Origin: the human T2T-CHM13v2.0 reference genome, Homo sapiens
Assembly: GCF_009914755.1 (NCBI RefSeq)
Contig: NC_060930.1
Direction: 5' to 3' (one strand)
DNA length: 64,000 nt
The notes below the pieces were generated by a model. That model was given only the letters and a program-made list of their open reading frames with translations, had not been told where the DNA came from and made no database searches. Shown piece by piece: positions 30,025-62,688 of the stretch. Each line of letters begins with the position of its first letter. The stretch's first letter is position 1. The translations under genes and the position numbers were made by a program.

Positions 30025-30376
30025 CTCATTTTTTATTTTTAATGATTAAAATTATGATTAACATTTAAACTTTTTCGTTGTCACTACAAAGGGAATATTA
30101 TATATAAATATCTTTTTTTAGGTGTTTAAATTTTGGCACTCCTGATATAAATAAGATTCTATTACTTCTAATTATTCTCGCTGGCTTTTTTTCAGACAAA
30201 GGAAGCAGATATATTCTTGGTAATTCTTGGTGGAGTGAGAAGCAAATGGAAATCTGTTTTCTTCTACACAAAGAGGAAGAAGCAGCAGTAGAGCCAGAAG
30301 CAGGAAGCAGATAAAAAATTTAATCTCATCATGGACACAAAAACATACTAAAACAAACCATAAACAAATAAAATTC

Positions 30377-30382
30377 TTTATT
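30377..30382 (-). terminator. TDP2: TDP2 distal polyadenylation signal AATAAA
   Basis: tttatt on +; followed on the minus strand by a strongly GU/U-rich downstream element (~30335-30365). Confidence 0.85.
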
Positions 30383-30955
30383 TAAATTTCTCTTGTGGGG
30401 AAAATATTTTTCTTTAAAGCACACTTAAAAGTAATTTGCATTTACTTCCTGTAAAGCATTTCCATTTCACAATTAGCAAAACTAAAAGGCTATGTCTCTT
30501 CATGCATTTATTTTTGTTAGAAAAATGTCCCATGGTGCTATCAAACCGATTTTAACCATCATCAAGCTTAACTTTGCCTCTGTTGACAACATGACTACAA
30601 ACATGAATCAAAAAGGAGTTAAGGAATTTTAAGCCATAAGGTTTCAATTATAGCTTACCAATTATGTAATTAGCTGACAAAAATCAAGTCTGATGTAGAA
30701 TAGCTGTCATCTACTTAACTGCAGATAATCATGGCATTTTCATTTAAGATGATCTGAACTTATGAAATAAAGGATCCAGTCCCAAGAACTCAATAATCTC
30801 TTATGTTTTCTTTTGAAGACTTATTTTAAATATTAACTATTTCGGTGCCTGAATGGAAAAATATAAACATTAGCTCAGAGACAATGGGGTACCTGTTTGG
30901 AATCCAGCTGGCAGCTATAAGCACCGTTGAAAACTCTGACAGGCTTTGTGCCCTT

Positions 30956-30961
30956 TTTATT
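30956..30961 (-). terminator. TDP2: Candidate proximal AATAAA in the TDP2 3'UTR
   Basis: Canonical hexamer ~210 nt after the stop codon; usage not shown. Confidence 0.4.
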
Positions 30962-31171
30962 AAATGGCCTCACATCCTGAATGCAGGAATGTGTTCGTTT
31001 AAATAAACATTAATCTTTAATGTTGAATTCTGAAAACACAACCATAAATCATAGTTGGTTTTTCTGTGACAATGATCTAGTACATTATTTCCTCCACAGC
31101 AAACCTACCTTTCCAGAAGGTGGAAATTGTATTTGCAACAATCAGGGCAAAACCCACACTTGAAAAGCATT

Positions 31172-47255
<16,084 letters not shown>

Positions 47256-47427
47256 CTTCCTGCCGCCTCTGCACCGCCCCTTTAAGCGGAACAGGAGGCC
47301 AACGCGCGGCTCTGCGCAGGCGCCTGTGTCATGGCGCTCCCGCATCAACCGCCCGGCGGGGAAATGCGCTCCGCTCTCGGAAAACTGGTGCAGCTGCGCC
47401 GCAAGGGAGCCGCCGGGGCGGTGGGTG

Positions 47428-47449
47428 CGAAGCGCGCATGCGCGCTTCG
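47428..47449. promoter_or_regulatory. NRF1 site inside a perfect 22-bp palindrome
   Basis: CGAAGCGCGCATGCGCGCTTCG contains GCGCATGCGC. Confidence 0.8.
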
Positions 47450-47658
47450 TCACAAGGGTGCGAGGAAAGTCAGTGAGCAAATCGCGGACCACCGGGGCTG
47501 CCAGCTCGCCTGACTCCCGGCCTCTTGCGCTCCTAGGGGCGGAGAAGGGTGCGGGCTCTTCGCCCTTTGTGTCCTCCTTCTTTCACTAACTTCTGGACTT
47601 TCCAGCTCTTCCGAAGTTCGTTCTTGCGCAAAGCCCAAAGGCTGGAAAACCGTCCACG

Positions 47659-47739
47659 ATGACCAGCATGACTCAGTCTCTGCGGGAGGTGATAAAGGCC
47701 ATGACCAAGGCTCGCAATTTTGAGAGAGTTTTGGGAAAG
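47659..47739 (+). CDS. ACOT13: Acyl-CoA thioesterase 13 (THEM2) coding exon 1, MTSMTQSLREVIKAMTKARNFERVLGK; remaining exons lie beyond the window
   Basis: Recognised N-terminus; 81 nt followed by donor AAG|GTATGG; head-to-head with TDP2. Confidence 0.95.
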
Positions 47740-48295
47740 GTATGGGAAAGGTAGGGGAGAAGCCGTGGCTTCTAATGAAGGAAAAGAAAGCACCGTGCTT
47801 GGTGCCGTTGTGAGCTTTGAATAATTATTTCTTGTTAGGTTGTGTTCTAGTACGCCTGTAAATTCACCTTAGTAATAATGATTATTACTTTAATGGAGCC
47901 CCTAAATATGCTGGGTCGAACGCGTAAGTTCTCTATCTAAACATAGATAAGTATGGTTATGACTCGTGGAGACAGTTCCAAGGCTGGGAGGGACTTTGGA
48001 GTTTGATCCTTCAACCAACAAACGTCTGCATTGCTCCAGAGAAGAGTAAGAGAAACCTCTGCATTTAAGGCACATTACAGTCTAATTCTCTAGGCTCTAG
48101 AAGATTAGAAGATAAATAATTGCAATAAGGTACAAAAGCCAAGTGCTTGGTAGAGTGGTGAACGAAGGGAGAAGTTGTTCCTCTGTAGTGGTTTGGGAAA
48201 TTTCTCAAAGGCACCCAACTCCTGAAGAAGTAAGTTAGCCCTTGGAGGAAGACTGAGTGCTTTTCTGAGACCAGCACTCACAAAGCCCGAAGGTG

Positions 48296-48603
<308 letters not shown>

Positions 48604-48611
48604 TGAAGGTG

Positions 48612-49438
<827 letters not shown>

Positions 49439-49484
49439 CTTGTAAGAAAATCATGCTCCATAAGAAGCATTTATAACTAAACCT

Positions 49485-49932
49485 TGTGAACCCCAAAAAT
49501 TTGAGACAGGTATCAGTTAATTTAGAAAGTTTATTTTGCCAAGGTTGAGGATGCGCACGCAGTGACACTGCCTCAGGAGGTCCTGACAACATGTGCCCAA
49601 GGTGGTCAGAGCACAGCTTGGTTTTATGCGTTTTAGGGAGATATAAGACATCAATCAATATATGTAAAATGAACACTGGTTGGGTTCGGAAAGGCGGGAC
49701 AACTTGAAGCGGGAAGGGGGCTTCCAGGTCACGGGTAGGTGGGAGACAAATGGTTGCATTCTTTTGAGTTTCTGATTTACCTTTCCTAAGGAGGCAGTCA
49801 GATACACATTTATCTCAATGAGCAGAGGGATGACTTTGAATAGAATGGGAGGCAAGTTTGTCTTAAGTAGTTCCTAGCTTGAATTTTCCTTTTAACTTAG
49901 TGATTTGGGGGCCCAAGATATTTTCCTTTACA
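49485..49932 (-). mobile_element. MER4A1 3' LTR
   Basis: TG...CA, matches the recalled MER4A1 consensus; preceded on the minus strand by the polypurine tract AAAAGGGGGCAAA. Confidence 0.88.
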
Positions 49933-51350
49933 TTTGCCCCCTTTTCTTTTTTTAAAAAAAAATTTTTTTTTGGAGAAAGCATTTTAGAAGAAAAATGAGT
50001 CTTTGGTCCCAGATTTCATCTGATCGCTCATGCTAGGATGGTTTATTCCTAGACAGGTAAGTCCCAAGTTATTAGGAAAGCTAATTTTTAGAAGGCTGTG
50101 AACTCCCATGTCCTGTGAAGAGAAAATAGGGGGAGGAAGGGTGAAAAACAACAAACAAAAGAACAATCCTGGAAAATATACATAGGCCACGTTATTCTGA
50201 AGTCCATACATCAGTAGGCAGGTATGAAAGTGGCTTATGCGTGTAAATAGGTTGCTGTTATTTTCTTCTGAAGTTTAAGTTGTCTAGCTTCAGTTTGCAG
50301 GGCTTTACAAAAGCACAGCTGTTTTCAGTGACTCCTAATTAGGAAAAAAAAGGAAAAGAAAAGAAAAAAATTAAAAATATTATTTTGGAGACTTGTAGCC
50401 AGGAAAAATTAGAATTCAGCCTAAACTGTAGAAAATAATAAAAATTGAAAAAATTAGGCAAGACTAGTATCTAACAACAAGTGGACTGTAAGTTTTGAAA
50501 CAATTTTTCTCTCTCCAGTTTTCCATTTTTACTAAAGACAAATCATGGTAGGACTGATTTGCTTTATTATATTTGACCAGATTATTTATATAAAGTGTAG
50601 CAAGAATAATTATTTTTCACATAGGCTTTTTAAAATTGGCTTTGAAGGAACTTTGTTCCATAGAAGGAATCTCAGATAAGATTCTTTTTAAAGCCAAGCT
50701 CAGCCATGGATTTGTACCATCAAATACCTATGAGTAGGGTGAATTTCCTCTTTTTGATGTTCCATGATAAACCAGGGGCTCCTGGACCTGTCAGAAAATG
50801 ACATTCTTTACTTAGCACATATCAGAAACCCTGTACAGGGACTTTGTAAAGTGTGAGGCCAGTTTTCCCAAGGGCTTTTATTGGCTCCATAAGTCAGGTT
50901 TGATTACTTAAAGGAAAGTACACCTTTCCACTCAAAGCCTTGGTAAAATAATCAGTTTCTCCAACTGTGTCCTGTTACAAATGAAAACAGATTCTTATTG
51001 CACTTATGCAAATAACTGTATTGGCACAAGTTAAGAATACTCACAAATAGTTTACAAATTCTGGAGAAATCAGGTAGAGAGAAACAAATATGCTCCAAAT
51101 TTTGTTGATTGGAGTATACTAAATTGTTAAAAGCTGTCAATAGCTCAAAAGAAAAGTTTCAAGGCTCTGAAAAACAAAGCAAAAGATCAGCAATGTTTAA
51201 GCAAAAAGTCAAAAAGATTAGTTCAGTCCCCTTAGTTAATTCCTATTCTGCTTGATATTCATGAGCATTTTAGCTCTCCATGAGTTCTGAAAGTTTTTCC
51301 TCTATTCTCATGTAACAATCTCCAAAGTTAATGGAGACCTGCATTCAAGA

Positions 51351-52016
51351 GGAAACAACAGGTGCTGGAGAGGATGTGGAGGAATAGTTACGTTTTTACA
51401 CTGTTGGTGGGAGTGTAAACTAGGTCAACCATTGTGGAAGACACTGTGGTGATTCCTCAAGGATCTAGAACTAGAAATACCATTTGACCCAGCCATCCCA
51501 TTACTGGGTATATACCCAAAGGATTATAAATCATGCTACGATAAAGACACATGCACATGTATGTTTATTGCAGCACTATTCACCATAGCAAAGACTTGGA
51601 ACCAACCCAAATGTCCATCAATGATTGACTGGATTAAGAAAAAATGACACATATACACGATGGAATACTATGCAGCCATAAAAAAGGATGAGTTCATGTC
51701 CTTTGTAGGGACATGGATGAAGCTGGAAACCATCATTCTCAGCAAACTATCACAAGGACAGAAAACCAAATACCGCATGTTCTCACTCATAGTTGGGAAT
51801 TGAACAATGAGAACATTTGGACACAGGGCAGGGAACATCACACACTGGGGCCTGTCGTGGGGTGGGGGGATGGGGGAGGGATAGCACTAGGAGAAATACC
51901 TAATGTAAATGACGAATTAATGGGTGCAGCAAACCAACATGGCACATGTATACATATGTAACAAAACTGCACGTTGTGCACATGTACCCTAGAACTTAAA
52001 GTATAATTTAAAAAAA
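51351..52016 (+). mobile_element. L1PA (about PA5) 3' fragment
   Basis: ggaaacaacaggtgctggagagg...ccctagaacttaaagtataa, with G-rich 3'UTR. Confidence 0.93.
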
Positions 52017-52756
52017 CAAATTTAACAAAGAAAACATTATCAAGAATAAATAATGAATCTCAAAAAACAACAACAGCAACAACAAAAAAAAACACTTTCT
52101 AAAGAGGACCAAAACAACACAACAATTGTGCGTGGATGACTAAAAGTTTTAGGGCAGCCATAGGCAAAGACACAATTGACAAGGAAATTTGATACCTCTC
52201 CTCTGTAGCACACAATAATTTTAACGTAACAATTATGATTATTACTGATAATGTACACTAGGTCATATCAGAATTACAGGAATTTCCCATAATTTTGGAA
52301 CACATACCAATAACATATTTATACAAATACATCTCAAAGAAAGCCAAACACTGTTGCATATTTGACAATGCTTCCTGTGTAATTTTTGTACCAAATAAGC
52401 CAAATTATGCCATTTTTGGACTTCAGGGAATCTAATATCTTAAAGGACTAATTAGGTCAGAAAAAGACATAATTTATAATTTGATTTTGGAAAGTTTGTC
52501 AAATATCAAATGTTTAAAACACCTGATATCACAAAAATAGGATCACAGGTCATTATAAAATAAATCATTCATTTAACCAAAGTGATAACTCAAGGATTTC
52601 ATAAAAAGGTGAAAACCTTCATTCTTTGAGAGAGGGGACTTAACTTTCCAAACAATAAGCCCTAATAAAAACAGCATGAAGCTAATTAAATTTGTTTTCA
52701 AAATTTTATAAACAATCTATAAAATTTTAAACTTGACCATAAGATATAATTTCTAA

Positions 52757-53056
<300 letters not shown>

Positions 53057-53720
53057 AGATATAACTTCCATAAGCCTTTATAACCTTTATTAAGGAGTCA
53101 GTTAATGTGTCAAGAAAACCTTGTTAATCTGATTACAGGGGCCCATAAGCTGATCTTGCATCATTGTGCCTTTGACGTTAATCATTAATTTATAGAGAAA
53201 CTGAACTTATTTTATCTTTCAAATTTGGACCTTACAGTCTTACCTGCCCACCTCTTCTTCGATAGTCTCTGGGCCTTGAGGAGTTGAATGCCTTTAATTT
53301 CTGGCCCTGTATCTCAGGAATGCAGTTTATTTTGATTGGCGTCTTCTACGGGGCCTGAAGATGACAGCTTCAATTGCTGTCAGTGTTTAAGATTTAGTAG
53401 GACTTGGTGTCCTTTTTAGACCCAGGAGTCAAAGCCCTGTAACCTAAGGTCACAAGGACTTTAAAAGCACATACAGGAAAATACCCAGTTGTAATCATGT
53501 TAATTAAAAAATCTTTTTTTAATCTCAGTTTTTTCCTAAACATAGGAATTATTTCAACAAAATGTAAACTCTGTTAGGTCAGTTACCAAAAAGCAAAAGA
53601 AAAGACCTTCTGCAATGCACAGAACATGATGTTGGAAGAAAACACTTCCTTTAGACCTTTAAGACAGTGTGCCTTTTTAAAGGGGAGAGAAAGCTGAAAA
53701 AAAATGGCAAGATGCAATAA

Positions 53721-54075
<355 letters not shown>

Positions 54076-54434
54076 TAAGAGTAAGTTAACCCCTTAAGAA
54101 AAGTTTATTTTTCTAACCAATAATTTCGTGTATATGTGTCTTTTTTAACATAAAGCCCAGTCTCTAGAAAGAGCATTATAATTTCCTTTTAATTGTAAAC
54201 ATGATCATATACAATTTTTTTAAAACAAATCCTCTTATTGTGACATACACAGACCATTCATGACATGCTTGAACTTTTATCTTAGGACTAAATTTACCAT
54301 ACATTCTTTCTCATGTAAAATTATTTCTAAGCTTTCTTACCACATACAAAAAAAATTTGTTTTATAACTTCCTTTACAACATCTCTCTTATTTCCTGATT
54401 CCTTTACCTTGTTGTATACATAACCTTTAAATAA

Positions 54435-54752
<318 letters not shown>

Positions 54753-54794
54753 TAAGCTTTGAATTAGACAAAACTTGTTCACCGTTTTTGGGGG

Positions 54795-55112
54795 GTTTTT
54801 TTTGTTTGTTTTTTTGTTTTTTTGAGATAGAGTCTCATTCTGTCACCCAGGCCGGAGTGCAGTTGCGTGATTTCAGCTGAGTGCAGCATCTGCTTCCTGT
54901 GTTCAAGTTATTCTCCTGCGTCAGCCTCCTGAGTAGGTGGGATTACAGGCGCCTGCCACCACGCCTGGCTAATTTTCATTTTTTGTATATTTAGTAGAGA
55001 CAGGGTTTCACCATGTTGGCCAAGCTAGTCTCAAACTCCTGACCTCAAGTGATCTGACTGCCTTGGCCTCCCAAAATGCTGGGATTACAGGCATGAGTCA
55101 GTGCACCCAGCC
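54795..55112 (-). mobile_element. AluS
   Basis: Full dimer. Confidence 0.93.
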
Positions 55113-55126
55113 CTAGAGTTCAACTG

Positions 55127-57075
<1,949 letters not shown>

Positions 57076-57085
57076 ATAGAAGGAC

Positions 57086-60000
57086 TGGGGGTCCTTCTAT
57101 AAGCATTTCTAATAGAGGGTCCTGCCTTGCCGCTCTTTTGGCTTCAATATCCGCTTGGCAGTTCCTTTCTGTTTCCCTTTCCTTTCTGGTGACTCTGGCA
57201 GTGTAAGACTGCCACCTCTTTAGGTTTCTGTACAGCCAATAGTAATCTCCTAATGGCTTCCTGATGTTTGATAGGTGTTCCCTCGGAAGTTAGGAATTCC
57301 CCTCTCTCCATATTGCTGCATGGGCATGGAGGACTAGGTAAGCGTACTTAGAGTCTGTATATATATTTACCCTTTTCCCTTCTCCTAATTCTAGTGCCCG
57401 AGTGAGGGCTATTAGTTCTGCATGCTGAGCACTAGTTCCTGGAGTGAGGGGATTAGTTTCAAGTATTCCATTATCACTGACCACTGCATACCCCGCTTTT
57501 CAAAGTCCTTTTTCTGCAAAGGAACTTCCATCAGTATACAAGTTGAGGTTGGGATCAGTCAAGGGAACCCCTAAAAGGTCCCCTTGAGCAGCATTAGGTT
57601 TGAGCAATCACATGTTGGCATTTATGTTCTATCTTTTCTTCATTGTCTGGAAGAAATGTGGCTGTGTTAAGAGTTGCACAAGTGCGCAGTCACACCACTG
57701 GCCCATCAAGTAATAGAGCCTGATATTTAAGTAAACGGTTGTCTGACAGCCACAAATCTCCTTTAGCAGTGAGTATGCCATTCACATCATGAGATGTTCA
57801 CACAGTAAGATCTCTTCCCTGTATTACTTTAACTGCTTCAGATACTAAGACTGCTACTGTTGCCACTACCCGTAAACAATGAGGCCAACCCTTTGCCAGT
57901 ACATCAATTTCCTTACTCAGGTATGCCACAGGTTGCAAGCTGGTCCCTCGGACCTGTATAAGGACTCCTAGAGCTATTCCTGTTTCTTTTGCGACATATA
58001 AAGAAAAGTCTTGCCCCATTGGCAAGCTTACCACTGGGGCTTGGGTTAGGGCCTTCTTTAGGGCCTGAAAAGCCACTTCTGCTTCAGGTGTCCATCTTAC
58101 TAAATGGGTATTGGCTTTCTGAGTTTCCTTAGTGTGTATAATGGCCTGACTATTTTGCTGTACCTGGGAATCCATATTCGGCAGAAGCTTGTTATGCCAA
58201 GGAACCCTCTTAGTTGCTTTAGGGTTTTGGGATGAGGATAAGCCAGTATAGGCTGGATACGTTCCTCACTGAGGGCCCTTGTGCCTTTGGATAATTTTAG
58301 CCCTAAGTTTTTAACCTGCTGTGAGCAGTGCTGAGCATTTTGTTTGGAAACCTTGTAGCCACAGGTAGCAAGGAAATTTAAGAGTGCTTGGGTGGCTTGA
58401 TGGCACCAGGTTTCTGATCGGGTGGCTAAAATTAAATCATCCCCGTACTGAAGGACAAGAGTGTCCAGGTATGAGAATTGGCTCAAGTCTTGGGCTAATG
58501 CCTGGCCAAATAGATGGGCGCTATGCTTGAACCCTTGAGGTAAAACAGTCCAGGTGAGTTGAGACGTTGGGTTCGAAGGATCTTCAAAGGCAAACAAGAA
58601 TTGAGAGTCAGGGTGTACAGGGATGCAGAAAAAGGCATCCTTAAGGTCCAGGACTGTAAACCACTCTGCTTTCTGTGGTTTTTGGGAAAGCAGAGTACAA
58701 GGGTTAGGTATAGCAGGGTATAGAGGAAGAACAGCCTCATTGATAATCCTGAGATCTTGCACTAACCTCCACTGTCCATTAGGTTTCTGTACTCCTAAAA
58801 CTGGAGTATTGCAGGGGCTATTGCATGGTTTTACTAGGCCTTGGGCTTTTAAATCCTTAACAATCTTTTGGAGTCCTTGTTGGGCCTCAGGTCTAAGGGT
58901 ACTGCCTTTGGTAGGGAAAGGAGGTAGAATCCTTTAATTTAACTTGAATAGGACAGGCATTCTTTGCTCATCCATATTGTCCTTCTGTTGCCCAGACGTC
59001 AGGATTAATTCCTTCCTCAAGCAGGGGAAAACAAACAGGTGTTCCTTCTCCTATGTTCAGATATATAATGGCCCCTGCTTTTGCTAGAATGTCTCCCCCT
59101 AACAAGGGAGTGGGGCTTTCAGGCATAATTAGAAAAGCATGTGAAAAGAGTAAAGTTCCCCAGTCACAACTTAGTGGCTGTCCTAGGACCCCTCGGATAG
59201 TGACAGATCTGGAGGACAGTTGTCTGGGACAGGAGAGTAAGACTGAGAAGGCCATGCCAGTGTCCAGGAGACAGTTAACCTCCTGGCCTTCAATGTTCAA
59301 GCATACCCGGGGCCCTGTGAGGGTGATGGCATGGGCTGGTGCTTGCCCCGGGCACCCTCAGTCCTGCTGCTGGATCATCTGGTTAGTGGCTTCTGACTCA
59401 GAGGACCTTCGTCCCCTGGGGCAATGGGCCTTCCAGTGATTCCCTTGACATAAGGGGCATGGACGAAGGGGCAGCTTACTTCTACTTGGACAATCTTTTT
59501 TAAAGTGTCCTTGTAGACCACACTGGAAGCAAGCCATATTAGGCATTCGATTTGCCCAGCTTTTCCCTTTTCCAGAGACTCCAAAGTCCGCTTGCCTGAG
59601 GGCCATGACTAAAGCAGTGGCCTTTTTTTTTATCCCGTTTGTCCCATTCCGCCTGCTTCTCCTGATCTGTATTATAAAAAACCGAGGTTGCCAAGTTCAA
59701 TAGGGTCTAAGTTTTGCTCTGGGCCTAAGGCGGACTTTTGAAGTTTTTTTCTAATGTCTGCAGTTGACTGAGTGATAAACTTATCCTTTAAGATTAGTTG
59801 GCCTTCAATAGAGTCAGGTGACAGAGAGGTATGCTTCCTCAATGCCTCCCTTAGTCTCACCAGAAAGGCAGTAGGATTTTCTTCCTTTCCCTGTGTTATA
59901 GTGGACATCATTGCATAATTCATAGGCTTCTTCCTAGTTTTCCTTAGTCCTAGCACACAAGTTAGCAAATGTCTGCGGCACCAATTTCCATGTTCTGATT

Positions 60001-60819
60001 CTGTGTCCCAATGAGGGTCTACACTGGGAACTGCCTGCTGGCCTGTGGGGAATTGTTCTCTTTCCTCTGTTGTCATCCTATCATTGACCTGACTGAGATA
60101 CCAGAGATCACCAAACTCTTCGGGCTGCAGTTATGGCGACACTTCTCTCATTTGGGGTTAGTGTCTGATTTAGCAGTAACATTATATCTCTCCACATCAG
60201 ATCAAAAGATTGTCCTAACCCTTATAAAACTTCAGTATAGCCATCAGGGTTATCTGAGAATTTACCTAGGTCTATTTTAATTTGCTTTAAGTCTGAGAGA
60301 GAAAAAGGTACATGCACTCTGGCTGGGCCGAATTCTGCTCCTCACATTGCTTGGAGGGGGCATAATCGGGGAATATTGGCACTGTTTGGTTCATTGTTTA
60401 TCCCTTTGTCTATCTTCTTTGGACCTTTGGGTAAAAGGGGGGTCCCTTATTAGTTGCGGAAGGAGTCGGGGGGATGCTGAGATAGGGAGGCAGACTCTGA
60501 GGGCTTCCTGTAGGGCATAAACCACACTTTTTACATAATTGCGAGTTGTCTCTTAATGAAAAGGAAGTTTGCACATATGGCACTTCACTCCATTTGCCCT
60601 CCTTTCTACAGAAGAGGTCAAGCTGTAAGATGGTGTTATAATTTATACTTCCCTCAAGAGGCCAGGTTTCTCCCCCTTGAAGAGGATATCATGGCCAGGC
60701 AGTACTGCAGAAGAATATAAGTCATTTCTTTCTTAGCGTCTGTGGGTCAAATTGGTCCTTATTCTCCAGAATACATCTTAAGGGCGTTTTTGCCTTGGGG
60801 TGTGGGGAACGTTTCCCAT
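57086..60819 (-). pseudogene. Disrupted HERV-W gag-pro-pol
   Basis: Broken into at least 7 short ORFs by frameshifts/stops; RT motif reads YGDD; truncated before integrase. Confidence 0.9.
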
Positions 60820-62688
60820 CTGAAAAAAGAACATAGGGATGCCAGCACCCCTAGTCATTTTCCGATGAGCATTAGCCCTAGAGCGTCCTCTAAGGGCCTA
60901 ATGCTTATTCTTTTCCAGGGTGCGTAACCACCCATGGACCTCTGCTTATCGGATTAGTTACGCTCACCAATGTAGCAGTCCTGCACCTATTTTTCCACCT
61001 CTCTTGACCACAAAGAAAGGGGTCTGGGCTGCTGGATTCTAGTGGTCCTTTACCAGCGTGCCCGACATTGCTTTTGCGCTCAGGGGTGAGTCCTAGAGCT
61101 GGGCTGGGTTCCTGGGTATTTCATAACAACCCAGCTGCCCCATCAAGATGCATTCCCATAAACAACACTCTTATGCAAATTCGTTTCAGAGAGGTGTAGC
61201 GAACCTTTTGAGTCAGGATTGAAATAGTCTTTTGATTATGTAAGTATGGGCTTGGCTGAGTGCAAACAGCTCGCACGTTTGAGGAGACCAATTATTAGGC
61301 AATTTTTCTAACTCTGCTTCCACAGAGTCTCTGTATTAATTACTGAATACCTATTGTGGTTTTTTCCCTCAATCACCTGGGAGGAACCATCTATCGTCCT
61401 GTCCTGAAGGGAGTTCCTCCTAGGTCTGGTCGGACCTTTGTATGGTAATTAAGATTTAAATCCTTTGTTAGGAAATCTGCTGGGTTAAGTGAATTATCAG
61501 TGGTTGGAGTTACATTACCCTTTTCTAACATAATAGCCCCATACTTTAAGATTTTTGATTTAGTAAGCTACCTTTTTGCTTTTTTTTGACTTAGAATAAT
61601 GTAACTGGTGAGGTGTGCTCACAAGAAGGTTTCCTCTAAAAGTTACTTTTCTACTTTTAGCAAAGCAGTTGCCGCTACCGACTGAATGCATTTGGCCCAT
61701 CCGCGGGTTACTGGGTTAAGGATTTTTTATAGGAAAGCTACAGGTTGCCAGTGGCCTCAGTGCTTTTGGGCTACGCCCTTATTTACATTGACAACAGTGG
61801 TATTGGAGTATTATAGAGTCACAGAGAAGACCTTCAATTATCAATTACAGGTTTTAAATTTACGCTGGCTTTTAAAGGAATAGGGCACACTTTTTTTTTT
61901 ATTATTTCTATCTTTTTCTTTCTTTTTCTCTTTGACTCTGTCTTTGTCTCTCTCTCCGTCTCTCCCTCTCTCTCCGTCTCTCTCTCTCAGCCATTACAAA
62001 CTTGGGGCCCTGGCAAGGGTAGTGGGGAACGGGTCCCACATAACTGCCCATGTCGAGAGCTGCATACCTGAATCAGGAGGGACACCAGGGATAAGACTCC
62101 CTGGGTTACAGCCCAGGTGCCTAAGGACACAACGCAGAGCCTCCCTAGATCCCTTTGGAGATACAACTTGCTAGAGGAAATGAAAGTGTGAACCATTAGT
62201 ACCTAGGAGGCAGGGATCAGAGGAAGTAGATTCAAAGGTAAGGAGAATTTTGGGGCTACACTTTCAAGAAAGTCGTGGTCAGGACCCATGAGGTATGGGT
62301 CAGAAGGAAAGGTAGGGGCGCACCCATGGGCGACTGTTGAGTAGAGACTTCTGGCTGCGCCATGATCTCAACAGGCTAATGCCGGGAGTTCTGGACGACA
62401 GCTTTCTGCCTCTAGTCAGCCCTCGGATTCCCCAAGAAAATTGAAAGTGGAAGCTGGCTCCAAGCAGACCAACGTCCCCAACCCAGAAGGGTTGGGGGTT
62501 GTTAGAAAGCCCTTCCGCAGATAGCGTAACACCTGAGTCTTAAGTCCGGCGGCCACGCTAATCGTTTTTAACTGGCTGACAGGTGCCCAGTATTTTCCTC
62601 CAATTCTAAGGAAGGATAGGACAGAATAACAAGCGAAAGTGGTCCAATATTACTCACCGCTTTGGATGTCCCTTCGTGGTCACCAAAA
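57086..62688 (-). mobile_element. HERV-W (HERV17-int) internal region: leader, gag, pro, pol up to RNase H; env and 3' LTR missing
   Basis: gag ATG at 60819; CCHC knuckle CFQCGLQGHFKKDC; protease LDTG; RT LPQGF/YGDD; RNase H YTDSKY; AG-rich pre-gag leader. Confidence 0.93.

Noticed and set aside
58100-58762. 220-aa reverse-transcriptase ORF as a functional or domesticated RT
   Set aside because: Fragment of frameshifted HERV-W pol lacking a proper start, with YGDD at the active site and separated from RNase H; integrase is absent.
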